The notes under the pieces are model-generated. The model saw only the letters and a program-made list of their open reading frames with translations, made no database searches and was not told where the DNA came from. From NCBI GenBank assembly GCA_963697895.1, contig OY969100.1, positions 224,001 through 288,000 of the forward strand: a stretch of DNA of 64,000 nucleotides. Reading direction: 5' to 3'. This DNA is from an uncultured Methanomicrobiales archaeon. Its GTDB lineage: Archaea > Halobacteriota > Methanomicrobia > Methanomicrobiales > Methanospirillaceae. Numbering within the stretch: the stretch's first letter is position 1; each line of letters begins with the position of its first letter. Shown one piece after another: positions 1 to 9,825 of this stretch. The position numbers and the translations under genes were made by a program.

Positions 1-806
1 ACTACACGATGGCGGTCGACACGATCATGCCGGACGGGAAGACGCTCCAGATCGGCACGGCCCACCACCTCGGGGACCACTTCTCGCGGACGTTCGATAT
101 CCGGTTCGAGGACGCAGAAGGGGAGCAGCAGCTCGTCTTCCAGACCTGCTACGGCATCTCCGAACGCTCGATCGCCGCCCTGATCAGCCTCCACGGGGAC
201 GACCGCGGGCTCATCCTGCCGCCGGCGGTCGCACCGGTCCAGGTGACGATCGTCCCGATCCCGATCGGGAAGCGGAAGGACGAGGTTCATGATGCGGCCG
301 CAGCGATCGCGGACACGCTGACCGCGGCGGGGTTCCGGGTGAAGCTGGACCTCCGGGACCTCCGGCCCGGGGCAAAGTACTATTACGGGGAGATGCGGGG
401 GATTCCCCTCCGGCTCGAGATCGGCCCCCGCGACCTGGACGCCGGACAGGTGACCGCGGTGACCCGTACGGGGACGCGGTCGGTGATCGCCCGGGAGAAG
501 CTGGTGGAGGGGGTCCACCGCCTCCTCGATTCGGTCCGGGCCGATCTCCGCTCCCGGGCCGGGTCGCTCGTGCAGGCACACCTCCGGCAGGTATCGTCGC
601 TCGAGGATGCGATCGATGCGGTCGCGAACGGGGCGGCCCTCGTCGGGTGGTGCGGCGACCGGGAATGTGCGATCACGGTCGAAGGGGCGACGGGCGGGAG
701 CATCCTCGGAACGGACGTCCATTCGGAGTTCGTGACCGGGGAAGCCGGCCACTGCCTGATCTGCGGGAAACCCGGGATCACGACGCTTGTCGGGCGGGCG
801 TATTAG
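1..806 (+). CDS. proS: Prolyl-tRNA synthetase, archaeal type (C-terminal part; begins before window)
   Basis: LQIGTAHHLG, QTCYGISER, GDDRGLILPP, anticodon-binding domain (PGAKYY..E.RGIPLRLEIGPRD) and C-terminal Cys motifs. Confidence 0.95.
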   Translation, partial: YTMAVDTIMPDGKTLQIGTAHHLGDHFSRTFDIRFEDAEGEQQLVFQTCYGISERSIAALISLHGDDRGLILPPAVAPVQVTIVPIPIGKRKDEVHDAAAAIADTLTAAGFRVKLDLRDLRPGAKYYYGEMRGIPLRLEIGPRDLDAGQVTAVTRTGTRSVIAREKLVEGVHRLLDSVRADLRSRAGSLVQAHLRQVSSLEDAIDAVANGAALVGWCGDRECAITVEGATGGSILGTDVHSEFVTGEAGHCLICGKPGITTLVGRAY

Positions 807-959
807 CCGGGGAGGCGGAAAAATATCCGGGGAAGCGGGCCGCCCGGAGAGGACAGGCCCATGAATGTCAGGCGAACGAAACTCCTGGCTCGTCAAACAG
901 AGGGTAAAGGAAAAAACACCAAAGGGGTTTCCCTCCGGTGTCACTTTTTTTGGGTGGTA

Positions 960-1412
960 TCAGCAGTCGGGGCAGCGATAGGAGACCGTGAGGCCCGGGG
1001 AGTTCAGGTCGCCCGACACGTTCTTTTTTCCGCCCCGGAAGAAGAGCCGCCCGCACCCGGCGCAGGTCTTCGGCCGGACCCGGTCGAGGACTTTTCTCCG
1101 TGCCTCGAGCTCGAAGTGGGTATCGACCCCTTCGCCGGGCTGTCCCATGCAGGAGTCCTCGTACGTGGAGATCAGTTCCATGATCCGGAGCGGGCTCACC
1201 CCGAGTGCGTCGAACCGCTTAAAGACGAAGTAGTTGAAGACCAGCCATGAGAAGTCGCACCGCTCGACGAGCTCCTCGACGTCCTGGCAGGACTCCTCGA
1301 AGTCCTCCAGCGTGCAGCCGCAGAGGGGACATCGCCCTCTGACCAGCTCGTCGAGATAAACCTCTGCCCGGCAGCCCGGACAGGTCGTGTGGGGGGAAAG
1401 CATCCGTGTCAT
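960..1412 (-). CDS. Conserved hypothetical protein with Zn-ribbon motifs
   Basis: CPGC/CPLC N-terminal and CAGC/CPDC C-terminal motifs; T-tract follows on the minus strand. Confidence 0.7.
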   Translation of the reverse strand: MTRMLSPHTTCPGCRAEVYLDELVRGRCPLCGCTLEDFEESCQDVEELVERCDFSWLVFNYFVFKRFDALGVSPLRIMELISTYEDSCMGQPGEGVDTHFELEARRKVLDRVRPKTCAGCGRLFFRGGKKNVSGDLNSPGLTVSYRCPDC

Positions 1413-1720
1413 TCTGGACCTCTCATCGATACGGGAGCACCGGGAGGAAGATGGTGAAAATCATGCGTTTTCTCTGCATGGCAGGGTGTGGCCGTCATGA
1501 TACAGAAAATTCTCCCGGTGCGGTCTTCCGCACCAGCGGTAAACTGTCTCTTCTATAGGCGCCGGCACTACTTAAACTTGTTCGAAGTGCCATGATAATC
1601 CGTGCCAACCGCCGAATGGAGCATATAAAATGGTTTTTATACCGGGAGAGCTGCACGAGTGGACAGGTCCTCCGGAACGTGAGGGGGAGAAGGATCATTG
1701 GAGGAGCTCCAGGCCGTTCC

Positions 1721-1870
1721 GGCCACGGAAAGGTGGCATCATGTGGCCATACATGATGAAGAGGGGTTCCGCCACGGGAAAAGAGGCATCATGGCGCTGT
1801 ATTTGATGAAGAGGGGTTGCGTTACGGGAAAAGAGGCCTCACGTTGCCGTACATAATGAGGAGGGGTTTC
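1721..1870. repeat. Degenerate tandem repeat, ~50 bp x3
   Basis: ACGG(G)AAA.G.GGC.TCA.G..GC..TA.....TGA.GAGGGGTT recurs near 1725, 1774 and 1824. Confidence 0.8.
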
Positions 1871-2008
1871 CCGGCTCCAGCGGAAAACGGCTCCGAGAGG
1901 ATCATATCCGGGAGGGGTATCGGAGCTTTCCGGTCCGGGAAAAACTGCGCCGGAAATTGCACGGGATCCGGCATCCGGATGGATATGCACGAAAAGATAA
2001 TTCCCCGT

Positions 2009-3253
2009 TCACCGCTTCATGATCCCGAAGACCTCGGAGAAGCAGCGGATCGCCTCGTCCCGGTTGCCGTTCCTGAGCTGGGACATTCCCCGTAAAAGGA
2101 GGGCATTGATATCCTTCACGTCGATGTTGAACGCCTTCCGGAAGCAGCGGACGGAGTCGTCGTACTCCCCGAGCATGAAGTGGCAGTTGCTCATCACCAC
2201 CCAGGCATCCGCGTGCCGGGGCTTGCACGCGAGCGCCTGCTGCATGCACCCGATCGCCTCGCGGTGCTCTCCCCGCTTGTACCGGGCGTACCCTTCCCAG
2301 TACCGGACCCGCGGCCCGCCGTCGCCGAGCGCATGCACGCGGGAGAAGCAGTAGAGGGCGTACTCGTATTCTTCGAGGAGGCAGAGCGCGATCCCCTTGT
2401 TCACCCAGGCGGAGACGAACGAGGGGGAGATCCGGATCACCCGGTCATAACAGGCGATCTCGTCCCGGTAGCGCCCGAGCTTCCCGAGGGCGTACCCCTG
2501 GTTGATCCAGGCGCTGATGAAATGCGGCCGGAGCTCGATCGCGATCGCACAGCACTGGGCCTCCTCCTCGTACATCCCGAGCATCCCGAGCGCATGCCCC
2601 TTCCCGTTCCAGGCGGCGGCAGATGCGGGATCGATCCGGAGCGCCTCCTCGCAGGAGCGGAGCTTCCCCGCGAAGTCTCCCATCCGGCCCATCGCGAACC
2701 CGCGGTTGATCCAGGCCCTGACGTTCCGGGGTTCGAGGGCGAGCGCCTGATCGCAGCAGGCGACTTCTTCATCGTACCGCCCGAGCTTCCCGAGCGCAAA
2801 ACTCTTCCCGACGAGCGCGACGACAGAGTCCGGCTGGAGATCGAGGGCCCGGTCAAAACAGCGGAGGGCCGCCTCGTGTTCGCCGTGGCGGGACCGGCGG
2901 ATCCCTTCCCGGCAGAACCGGTCCACCTCGCGGGAGATCTTGTCGCGGGCCGATCCAACCGGCTCTTCATGAACCGTTTCCCGTGACGAACCCGTGCCGG
3001 CCGGCTCCTCATAGGGTTTTTCCGGAGGAGAACCCGCCCTCTTTCCTTCCGGGGCCTGTTCTGCCCCCGGTGACTGTTCCGGTTCCATCACCGTGGCCTG
3101 TCCCGGTGATCCTTCCGCAGTCCTTTCCGGTTCCTGGTCCTGCCCTAAGGATCTCTCCCGGTTCTCTCCGGAAATCCTCTCCGATGCCTGGATCCGGGTA
3201 TGCCCGCCCCGGTCTACCCGGAAGACCTTTTCCGGCCCGTCTTCGTCTTCCAT
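2009..3253 (-). CDS. TPR-repeat protein with acidic low-complexity N-terminus
   Basis: Repeated AW.N.G..L..LG.Y.E...C.D.AL motifs; start taken at MEDEDG. Confidence 0.85.
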   Translation of the reverse strand: MEDEDGPEKVFRVDRGGHTRIQASERISGENRERSLGQDQEPERTAEGSPGQATVMEPEQSPGAEQAPEGKRAGSPPEKPYEEPAGTGSSRETVHEEPVGSARDKISREVDRFCREGIRRSRHGEHEAALRCFDRALDLQPDSVVALVGKSFALGKLGRYDEEVACCDQALALEPRNVRAWINRGFAMGRMGDFAGKLRSCEEALRIDPASAAAWNGKGHALGMLGMYEEEAQCCAIAIELRPHFISAWINQGYALGKLGRYRDEIACYDRVIRISPSFVSAWVNKGIALCLLEEYEYALYCFSRVHALGDGGPRVRYWEGYARYKRGEHREAIGCMQQALACKPRHADAWVVMSNCHFMLGEYDDSVRCFRKAFNIDVKDINALLLRGMSQLRNGNRDEAIRCFSEVFGIMKR

Positions 3254-3411
3254 GTCCCCTGAAAGGAACACTGCGCTGCAGGCATTTATAGTTGACCGTT
3301 TATTCTCCCCTCCGTTCGCGGAATCCGGTGCGAACCGTGTTCCGGCCGGCCGGAGGGGCGATCCCTTCCGGAGAGGAGAAAGTTCATTCTTCCCGGCACC
3401 GATCTCTGCAC

Positions 3412-4209
3412 ATGGACGAGCAGACGATGCCCTGTGCCTGCACCATCGCCGGCTCCGATGCAAGCGGAGGAGCCGGGATCCAGGCGGACCTGAAGACCTT
3501 CTCGGCCCTCCACGTCTGGGGGCTCTCCGTGATCACCGCGATCACGGCGCAGAACCCGCGGGCGGTGACCGGCATCTGGCCGAGCACCCCGGATGCGGTT
3601 GCGGCGCAGCTCGCCGCCCTCCTCGACGAGTTCACGATCGGCGCGTGCAAGACCGGGATGCTCGGGGACGGGGAGGTGATCCGGGTCGTCGCGGAACAGC
3701 TCCCGCCGGAGATCCCCCTCGTCGTCGACCCGGTGATGGTCTCCACCTCGGGGAGCACCCTGCTTCCCGAGGGGGCGGTCCGGACGCTTGCCCGCACCCT
3801 GATCCCCCGGGCGACGATCGTCACCCCGAACCTCGCGGAGGCAGCGGTCCTCGCCGGGATGCCGCCGATCACCTCGCTCTCCGGGATGCAGCGGGCCGGG
3901 GAGCGGATCCTCGCGCTCGGTCCGGCATTCGTTGTCGTGAAGGGAGGACACTTCGGCGGGGAGGAGGACTCGGTCGACCTCCTCCTCGGGCAGGGGAAGG
4001 AATGGGTACTCGAAGGAGTGCGGTACCCCTACGAGGTGCACGGTTCCGGGTGCTGCTTCGCCGCGGCGATCACCGCGTACATGGCACGCGGCGAGTCGGT
4101 TCCGGACGCGTGTTCGCATGCAAAGGAGTTCATCGACCGGGCCCTCCGGCTCGCGGCCCGGACCCGGAGCGGCTGTGCGATGGTGCAGCCGACCGGGAAC
4201 CACCGGTGA
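3412..4209 (+). CDS. thiD: Hydroxymethylpyrimidine/phosphomethylpyrimidine kinase
   Basis: IAGSDASGGAGIQADLKT, VVDPVM, TPNLAEA, VKGGH, HGSGC motifs. Confidence 0.95.
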   Translation: MDEQTMPCACTIAGSDASGGAGIQADLKTFSALHVWGLSVITAITAQNPRAVTGIWPSTPDAVAAQLAALLDEFTIGACKTGMLGDGEVIRVVAEQLPPEIPLVVDPVMVSTSGSTLLPEGAVRTLARTLIPRATIVTPNLAEAAVLAGMPPITSLSGMQRAGERILALGPAFVVVKGGHFGGEEDSVDLLLGQGKEWVLEGVRYPYEVHGSGCCFAAAITAYMARGESVPDACSHAKEFIDRALRLAARTRSGCAMVQPTGNHR

Positions 4210-4478
4210 ACCACCCGGTCGATCGTCTCCCGATCTCTTACTTACAATGATAGTACAACCGCCCGGAACGAACATTGATCGGCAGGGATTGCCGATCTGA
4301 AATACAATCTATATTAGTTATCCCGGAGATATGTTCTCCAACGGGGATCAGTATACCGGAAATGACCTGCACGGGCCAGAGATCGGGATCAGGGCGGCTT
4401 TCGCGAGACTGTTTCCGCCGGCGACCGCACACACAGCACCGGTGCGCTGCCGGTCCTCCGGACCAGGAGCGCTGAACC

Positions 4479-6305
4479 GTGGAGGAAACCAATCAGAACC
4501 ACCGTCCGTTCTCGAAAGGGATCATCAAGTCGATGGGTCTGGTCTTCGGGGATATCGGGACCAGCCCGATCTATACCCTGACGGTGATCTTCCTCCTCGT
4601 CCCCCCCACGCCCGGCAACCTGGTCGGTATCGTCAGCCTGATCGTCTGGACCCTCATCATCCTCGTCACCGTCCAGTACGTCTGGCTGGCGATGCAGCTC
4701 GGGCTGAAAGGGGAGGGCGGCACGATCGTGCTCCGGGAGATCCTCATCCCGCTGCTCAAGACCGGCCGCGTCGCCGGGTTCATCTCCCTCCTCTCGATCA
4801 TCGGTATCGCGCTCCTCATCGGCGACGGGGTGATCACCCCGGCGATCAGCATCCTCTCCGCGGTGGAAGGGTTCCGGCTGATCCCGGGTGCGGAGGATAT
4901 CGCCCAGATCGCGCTCGTCTGGATCGCCGCGTTCATCACGATCGGGCTCTTCGCCATCCAGCGGAGGGGGACGGAACGGGTCGCGTGGGCGTTCGGGCCG
5001 ATCATGGTCCTCTGGTTCGTCGCACTCTCGGTTTCGGGGGTCCTTGCGATCTTCCAGGCGCCGGCGATCCTCCTGGCGATCAACCCGTTGAACGGCCTCA
5101 CCTTCTTCCTGACCCACGGGATCGCCGCCTTCTTTGTCCTTTCGCAGGTGATCCTCTGCGCGACCGGCGGCGAGGCGCTCTTCGCCGACATGGGCCACCT
5201 CGGCCGGGAACCGATCCGGCGGGCATGGTTCTTCGTCTTCATCGCGCTCTCCGTAAACTACCTCGGGCAGGGTGCGTTCCTCCTCGCAAACCCGGGCGCG
5301 AAGAACGTCCTCTTCGAGATGATCTACACCCAGTCCCCGCTCCTCTACATCCCGTTCCTCGCCCTCTCGATCGCGGCGACGGTCATCGCCTCGCAGGCGA
5401 TGATCTCGGGGGTCTTCTCGATCGCGTACCAGGGGGTCACCACCCGGATCTTCCCGCTCCTGAAGATCGATTACACCTCCGCGGAGCTCCGCTCCCAGAT
5501 CTACATCGACTCGGTGAACTGGTTTTTGATGTTCGCCGTCCTCCTCGTCCTCTTCATCTTCCAGGCATCGGTCCACCTGGCCGCGGCGTACGGCCTCGCG
5601 GTGATGGGCACGATGACGATCACGGGGATCATGGTCTCGATGATCTTCTTCAAGCGCAACCAGTACATCCGGATGCTGATCGCGATCGCGGTCACCGCCG
5701 CCGACTTCATCTACCTCTTCTCGGCGACCTTCAAGATCCCGGCCGGCGGGTACTGGAGCCTGATCATCGCCTCGGTCCCCTTCGCGATCATCATGATCTA
5801 CATCTACGGCCAGCGCCGCCTCTTCGCGGCCCTCCACCCGATGGACATCGCGGACTTCCTCAAAGGTTTCGTGAATATCTACGAGAGGCTCGAGAAGATC
5901 AAGGGGACGGCGATCTTCTTTGCCCGGGACGTCCACCACGTCCCCGCGTACATCGCCCACACGATCTTCAAGGACAACATCCTCTACGAGAAGAACGTGA
6001 TCATCACGATCAAGGTCCTCGACAGCCCCTTCGGGATCTCCTGGTGGTTCGAGCCCGACCTCGCCCCGGGCCTCCAGCTCTTCGTCGTCCAGTACGGCTA
6101 CATGGAGCGGATAAACCTGAAGGAGATCATCGAGTCCGCGAAGATCGGCGAGAAGACGATCTTCTACGGGATGGAGGAGATCGTCACCGACAACGTCGTC
6201 TGGAAGATCTTCTCGGCGATCAAACGGTTGTCACCCTCGTTCGTCCAGTACTACAGACTCCCGGCGGACAAGGTGCACGGGGTTGTCTCACGGGTCGAGA
6301 TGTGA
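4479..6305 (+). CDS. kup: KUP/HAK/KT potassium transporter
   Basis: GLVFGDIGTSPIY, GDGVITPAISILSAVEG, TGGEALFADMGH, IASQAMISG, LAAAYGLAV. Confidence 0.95.
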   Translation: MEETNQNHRPFSKGIIKSMGLVFGDIGTSPIYTLTVIFLLVPPTPGNLVGIVSLIVWTLIILVTVQYVWLAMQLGLKGEGGTIVLREILIPLLKTGRVAGFISLLSIIGIALLIGDGVITPAISILSAVEGFRLIPGAEDIAQIALVWIAAFITIGLFAIQRRGTERVAWAFGPIMVLWFVALSVSGVLAIFQAPAILLAINPLNGLTFFLTHGIAAFFVLSQVILCATGGEALFADMGHLGREPIRRAWFFVFIALSVNYLGQGAFLLANPGAKNVLFEMIYTQSPLLYIPFLALSIAATVIASQAMISGVFSIAYQGVTTRIFPLLKIDYTSAELRSQIYIDSVNWFLMFAVLLVLFIFQASVHLAAAYGLAVMGTMTITGIMVSMIFFKRNQYIRMLIAIAVTAADFIYLFSATFKIPAGGYWSLIIASVPFAIIMIYIYGQRRLFAALHPMDIADFLKGFVNIYERLEKIKGTAIFFARDVHHVPAYIAHTIFKDNILYEKNVIITIKVLDSPFGISWWFEPDLAPGLQLFVVQYGYMERINLKEIIESAKIGEKTIFYGMEEIVTDNVVWKIFSAIKRLSPSFVQYYRLPADKVHGVVSRVEM

Positions 6306-6561
6306 TCCCTTTTTCTTGATCTCGCGGACCATTACCATAACCATCCGGTTAAATTAACCTCATGGATTCCGCGCAGTATATGCCGGAGGCGATCTCTTTC
6401 GTCGGGTGGTGGATTTCTCTGGTAATCAGGTGGTCGGAAGATATTTTTCGCGATCCATTCGCGTCGCTCTTCATTCCGGGGCTCACGGATGTCATGACCG
6501 ACAGGTTTATTTCACATGATCGGGTGGAAATGCAATCGGGGCGTAATTAACGCACGAATAT

Positions 6562-6745
6562 TCGATCCGATGAACATTCACCGGACCAATGCAGCTGAGC
6601 TTATATACACCGAAAAGATATTGAAATTCATACCGTGGTATCTCGTCACGCGGGTATCGCGGGAAGACAATCAAGGTGGCGTTATGATCTGAAATTGTTT
6701 GTGACGAGGCAGTATTGCCGGTTATGATACTGCTGACCGAATACG
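6562..6745 (+). pseudogene. Decayed copy of pilin promoter and 5' coding end
   Basis: Shares TCGATCCGATGAA, CTTATAT, ACAATCAAGGTG and GA(C/T)GAGGCAGTAT..CC.GTTAT with 6854-7020 (offset ~290 bp); ATG at 6684 is followed by TGA at 6690. Confidence 0.75.
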
Positions 6746-6974
6746 GGTAACGGTTGATCGACCGCCGGTCGCGGGCCTTCACCGATGAAGAACTATTCTC
6801 ATCATTCCTGTCTAGATCCATCTCTGAAATAAATCCAATTTTGCCCCCGTTCATCGATCCGATGAATAATCGTTGAGCTAATAAGTAAGACTTATATCAC
6901 CAAAAGGATATTAAAATCCATACAGTGTTATGCCCGATCCCCGGGCATTGCTGGAAACAATCAAGGTGTGAAGT

Positions 6975-7382
6975 ATGAGAACTTTTCAAAATGATGAGGC
7001 AGTATCACCCGTTATCGGTGTGATCCTGATGGTCGCAATCACCGTCATCCTCGCGGCGGTCATTGCAGCGTTCGTGTTCGGAATGGCTGGGTCGACGTCG
7101 GCCACAAAGAATGTGGGAATGACTGTATCTCCTGATGGAACTACAGGAATTAGTATCCTTTGGCAAGGTGGGAGTGACATTAACAGTCTCACTAAGATTG
7201 TAACCACAAATGATGGTCCTACTACTCCTACTACAACTACAACAGATCTATCCGGAACCAATTCTGTTGCTACAGGTGATGTTACCCTTATTGCTTGTGG
7301 GGATGTAACAGGTGGGCGAGTGATAGTCACTGGTACATTTACTGACGGTGCAAGTCAAGTCCTCTTCGACAAGAGATTCTAA
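6975..7382 (+). CDS. Archaeal type IV pilin (Pilin_N/DUF1628-like)
   Basis: Class III signal NDEA|VSPVIGVILMVAITVILAAVIAAFVFG; C-terminal GTFTDG..QVL; T-tract after stop. Confidence 0.92.
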   Translation: MRTFQNDEAVSPVIGVILMVAITVILAAVIAAFVFGMAGSTSATKNVGMTVSPDGTTGISILWQGGSDINSLTKIVTTNDGPTTPTTTTTDLSGTNSVATGDVTLIACGDVTGGRVIVTGTFTDGASQVLFDKRF

Positions 7383-7388
7383 TCTTAA

Positions 7389-7398
7389 CTTTTTTTTT
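7389..7398 (+). terminator. Oligo-T archaeal terminator of pilin
   Basis: T run just after the TAA. Confidence 0.6.
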
Positions 7399-7444
7399 AA
7401 AAAATAGAGAACAAATAATACAAACAAACGCAAAAGGCCTTACT

Positions 7445-8206
7445 ATGGCACGATTGAAGTTTCTCATTGTATCATTACTTATACTTGCAATTATTTCAGC
7501 CGGTTGTATTGCCCCACCAAAGAGTTCAAACACCTCCATTACGGGATCATCGGGCTCAACGATAGGAGGATCATCCGGAGCCAAAACCAATACTACAAGA
7601 ACAAATACATCGCCGCAACCAGGTCCCATTCCCAATACGACGTGGGGAAATGCATCGCTCCATCTTAGTTCATCCCCTATGGGTGCCGACGCGTACGTTA
7701 ACGATTACTATGTCGGGCTCACCCCGATGACGATTAATAACCTATCGGGTGGAATAAAATATAATGTATCCTTCCGCTTGCAGGGATACGGACGGTACAA
7801 CGGCACGGTTACGGCAAAAAATGGGACAACAGTTGATTTTACCGGAACGCTCCCCGAAGCCAAACCAATAATAGATATCCTTGTCACGAACGCTTCTTCG
7901 CAAAGGGTCGCTGGCGTCTGTATTTATACCTGCACTGGGACAGTAACGAACAGCGGGTATGCGACCGCCCGGTTTTTGAATGTATCCTTGGAATTTACCC
8001 CTCAGGATACAAAGGCATATGCCAAGAAAGTCACCTGGACGTACATCGATACCCTGCTGCCCGGTACCGCAGCAGGCTTTGACTTTTACATAGCGGTCCC
8101 GTGTGATGGGAACTATAAGGGACAGATCAAATATGATGGAATTTATGTAACGGGTTCGGACCAGCTCAGAATTGATAAAAAGATCAGCGGGACTGTCAAG
8201 ATATAA
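7445..8206 (+). CDS. PEGA-domain lipoprotein
   Basis: Lipobox-like ISAGC, S/T-rich linker, PEGA motif SSPMGADAYVNDYYVGLTP..I. Confidence 0.8.
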   Translation: MARLKFLIVSLLILAIISAGCIAPPKSSNTSITGSSGSTIGGSSGAKTNTTRTNTSPQPGPIPNTTWGNASLHLSSSPMGADAYVNDYYVGLTPMTINNLSGGIKYNVSFRLQGYGRYNGTVTAKNGTTVDFTGTLPEAKPIIDILVTNASSQRVAGVCIYTCTGTVTNSGYATARFLNVSLEFTPQDTKAYAKKVTWTYIDTLLPGTAAGFDFYIAVPCDGNYKGQIKYDGIYVTGSDQLRIDKKISGTVKI

Positions 8207-8480
8207 CGGGGAAAATCGTAATACAATCACAATCATATCGTTCAATCTTTTTTTTGATCATTCTTCGAATTCGACTGAGCATGTTGAATCTTGGACATGT
8301 CCCTTCCTGAGCAAGGGGAGGAGCGGATGGATAAGGGTACAGAAAAGTGCATATGAAATTGCCTTACCGGTCTCCGGGAACAGGAACGTGATTCAGGAAG
8401 CACTGGCAACGTCGTCCGGATAAACCGGACGCTCCTGCGGGAAAAACAAAAAGAATAGATCACATTTTTAAACAAAATTC

Positions 8481-8840
8481 TGAAGTTCCCATGGGAACAG
8501 GTTTGGAACAGGTTGGGTCCTTCACTGGGAACAGATCGAATACGGTTTAAAACGATTGAATGAGTAATCGGTACATTATAAAAGATAATAATAATATAGA
8601 ATACTATGAAGTTCCCAAAAAACAGAGAGCGCAGTAAACACTGTTAACACATCTGCGAACTTTCAATTTTCTTATTCCTGTTCCCCTCCCACGTGCGTTC
8701 CGGGAAATTGGGAACACCTGTTGGAAAAACTTGCAGATTATCTATAAAATGATGAATGGATTTCTTATTGTAGATATTTACCTGTTCCCAGATCTGTTCC
8801 CAATCAGTTCCCAGCTGGGAACAGGTGGAACAGGTTAAGG
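8481..8840 (+). repeat. Origin-like module A: TGGGAACAG iteron clusters around an AT-rich tract and conserved core
   Basis: About 11 copies of (T)GG(G)AACAG/CTGTTCCC(A), including palindromes GTTCCCATGGGAAC (8485) and GTTCCCAGCTGGGAAC (8807) and 12-bp periodic copies at 8782-8813; AT-rich 8545-8610. Confidence 0.75.
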
Positions 8841-8967
8841 AACGCGAATAGATTTCGACACGTCCCCCCGTAACAGCATTTGATAAAGAGGCGCCGGCAT
8901 TTTCGTTTGAATGTCCGGCGGGAAACTCCCTGTGGGAGAACCAAAAAGATAGCATAAGTTTGATGTG

Positions 8968-9340
8968 ATCCCATCTTTTTCCCATCGTTTCCCAGTGGGA
9001 AAGGGTTGGGAAACGATCTGGGAAACGATAATTTTCGATCTATGCAGTTATTTTCTCAATAACTCCCTGATCTATAAAGTTCAGGTTTTCGTTTTCCCAT
9101 TTTTCGCATTTTCAGGAAACGCAGACACAAGATGATGGAGGATCAAAAAATAAATTTGGAAAAAAATGTTAACAGTGTTTACCGCGCTCTCACACTTTTG
9201 GGAAAACTAATTGTTATATATTTATTATTTCTATTTTAATCATCCGGATTTCTTATTGGAACATTATTTAACCCATTTGATTGTTTCCCAATTGCTTTCC
9301 CAATCGTATCCCAGGTGGGAAAACTGGGAAACGATTGATC
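8968..9340 (-). repeat. Origin-like module B: inverted homolog of module A with TGGGAAACG iterons
   Basis: Reverse complement of 9167-9204 (TTCCCAAAAgtgtGAGAGCGCgGTAAACACTGTTAACA) matches 8612-8649; about 12 TGGGAAA(CG)/TTTCCCA copies; AT-rich 9205-9280. Confidence 0.75.
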
Positions 9341-9564
9341 TATTTTCTGCGGTACTTACTGCACTCGTACCCTCTTTGTGGAAATTCAAGGGAAATTCTT
9401 GTAAAAATATCTCCACCCCCGGGCGCTGGCGATTTATCTTGATCCCGGTCGATGAATCGTCACCAGCGGTTAGGAGCATATCTTGTCAGATGAAAGGGGC
9501 TTTTCATCTCCCGACGGACAACAAACCCCAACCTGTTAATAGAAAAAAGGATTACCAGAACCCC

Positions 9565-9825
9565 ATGGGTTTTCCCCCCACCGCGGATCAGTTCCGGGCC
9601 CTCTTCCGGAAGAAATCGATCGCCGAACTCGAGAAGAATGTCTCGACGACCCATGCCCTGAAACGGGTCCTCGGGACGTGGGAGCTGATCTTCCTCGGGA
9701 TCGGTGCGGTGGTCGGCACCGGCATCTTCGTCATCACCGGGATCGCGGCGGCCGATTACGCCGGTCCCGGGGTGGTCCTCTCGTTCGTGATCCCGGGGAC
9801 CGCCGCGATCTTTGCCGCAGCGTGA
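9565..9825 (+). pseudogene. Truncated 5' fragment (86 aa) of APC amino-acid permease
   Basis: 9516-9819 closely matches 15954-16257 including the upstream sequence; TGA comes right after the homology ends. Confidence 0.88.

Noticed and set aside
3254-3411. TPP riboswitch upstream of thiD
   Set aside because: GC hairpins exist but the conserved CTGAGA and AGGGA core is absent
4468-4495. CGCTGAACCGTGGAGGAAACCA resembling the start of a c-di-AMP (ydaO) riboswitch before kup
   Set aside because: It overlaps the kup start codons and the remaining conserved elements are missing
4331-6319. Long alternative-frame and antisense ORFs (e.g. 4331-6319, 22914-24290, 52539-54275, 62140-63849)
   Set aside because: Shadow ORFs of GC-rich genes, with Arg/Pro/Gly- or Asp/Glu-biased composition and no motifs
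8481-9340. Chromosomal oriC with ORB elements
   Set aside because: Palindromes only loosely match ORB, mostly lack the G-string, and no cdc6/orc1 is adjacent; not fully excluded
9211-9564. N-terminal extension of the 204-aa ORF 9211-9825, and ORF 8644-8985
   Set aside because: Chance readthrough of iteron/AT-rich DNA (WENWET, WEQ from repeats); permease homology starts at ATG 9565
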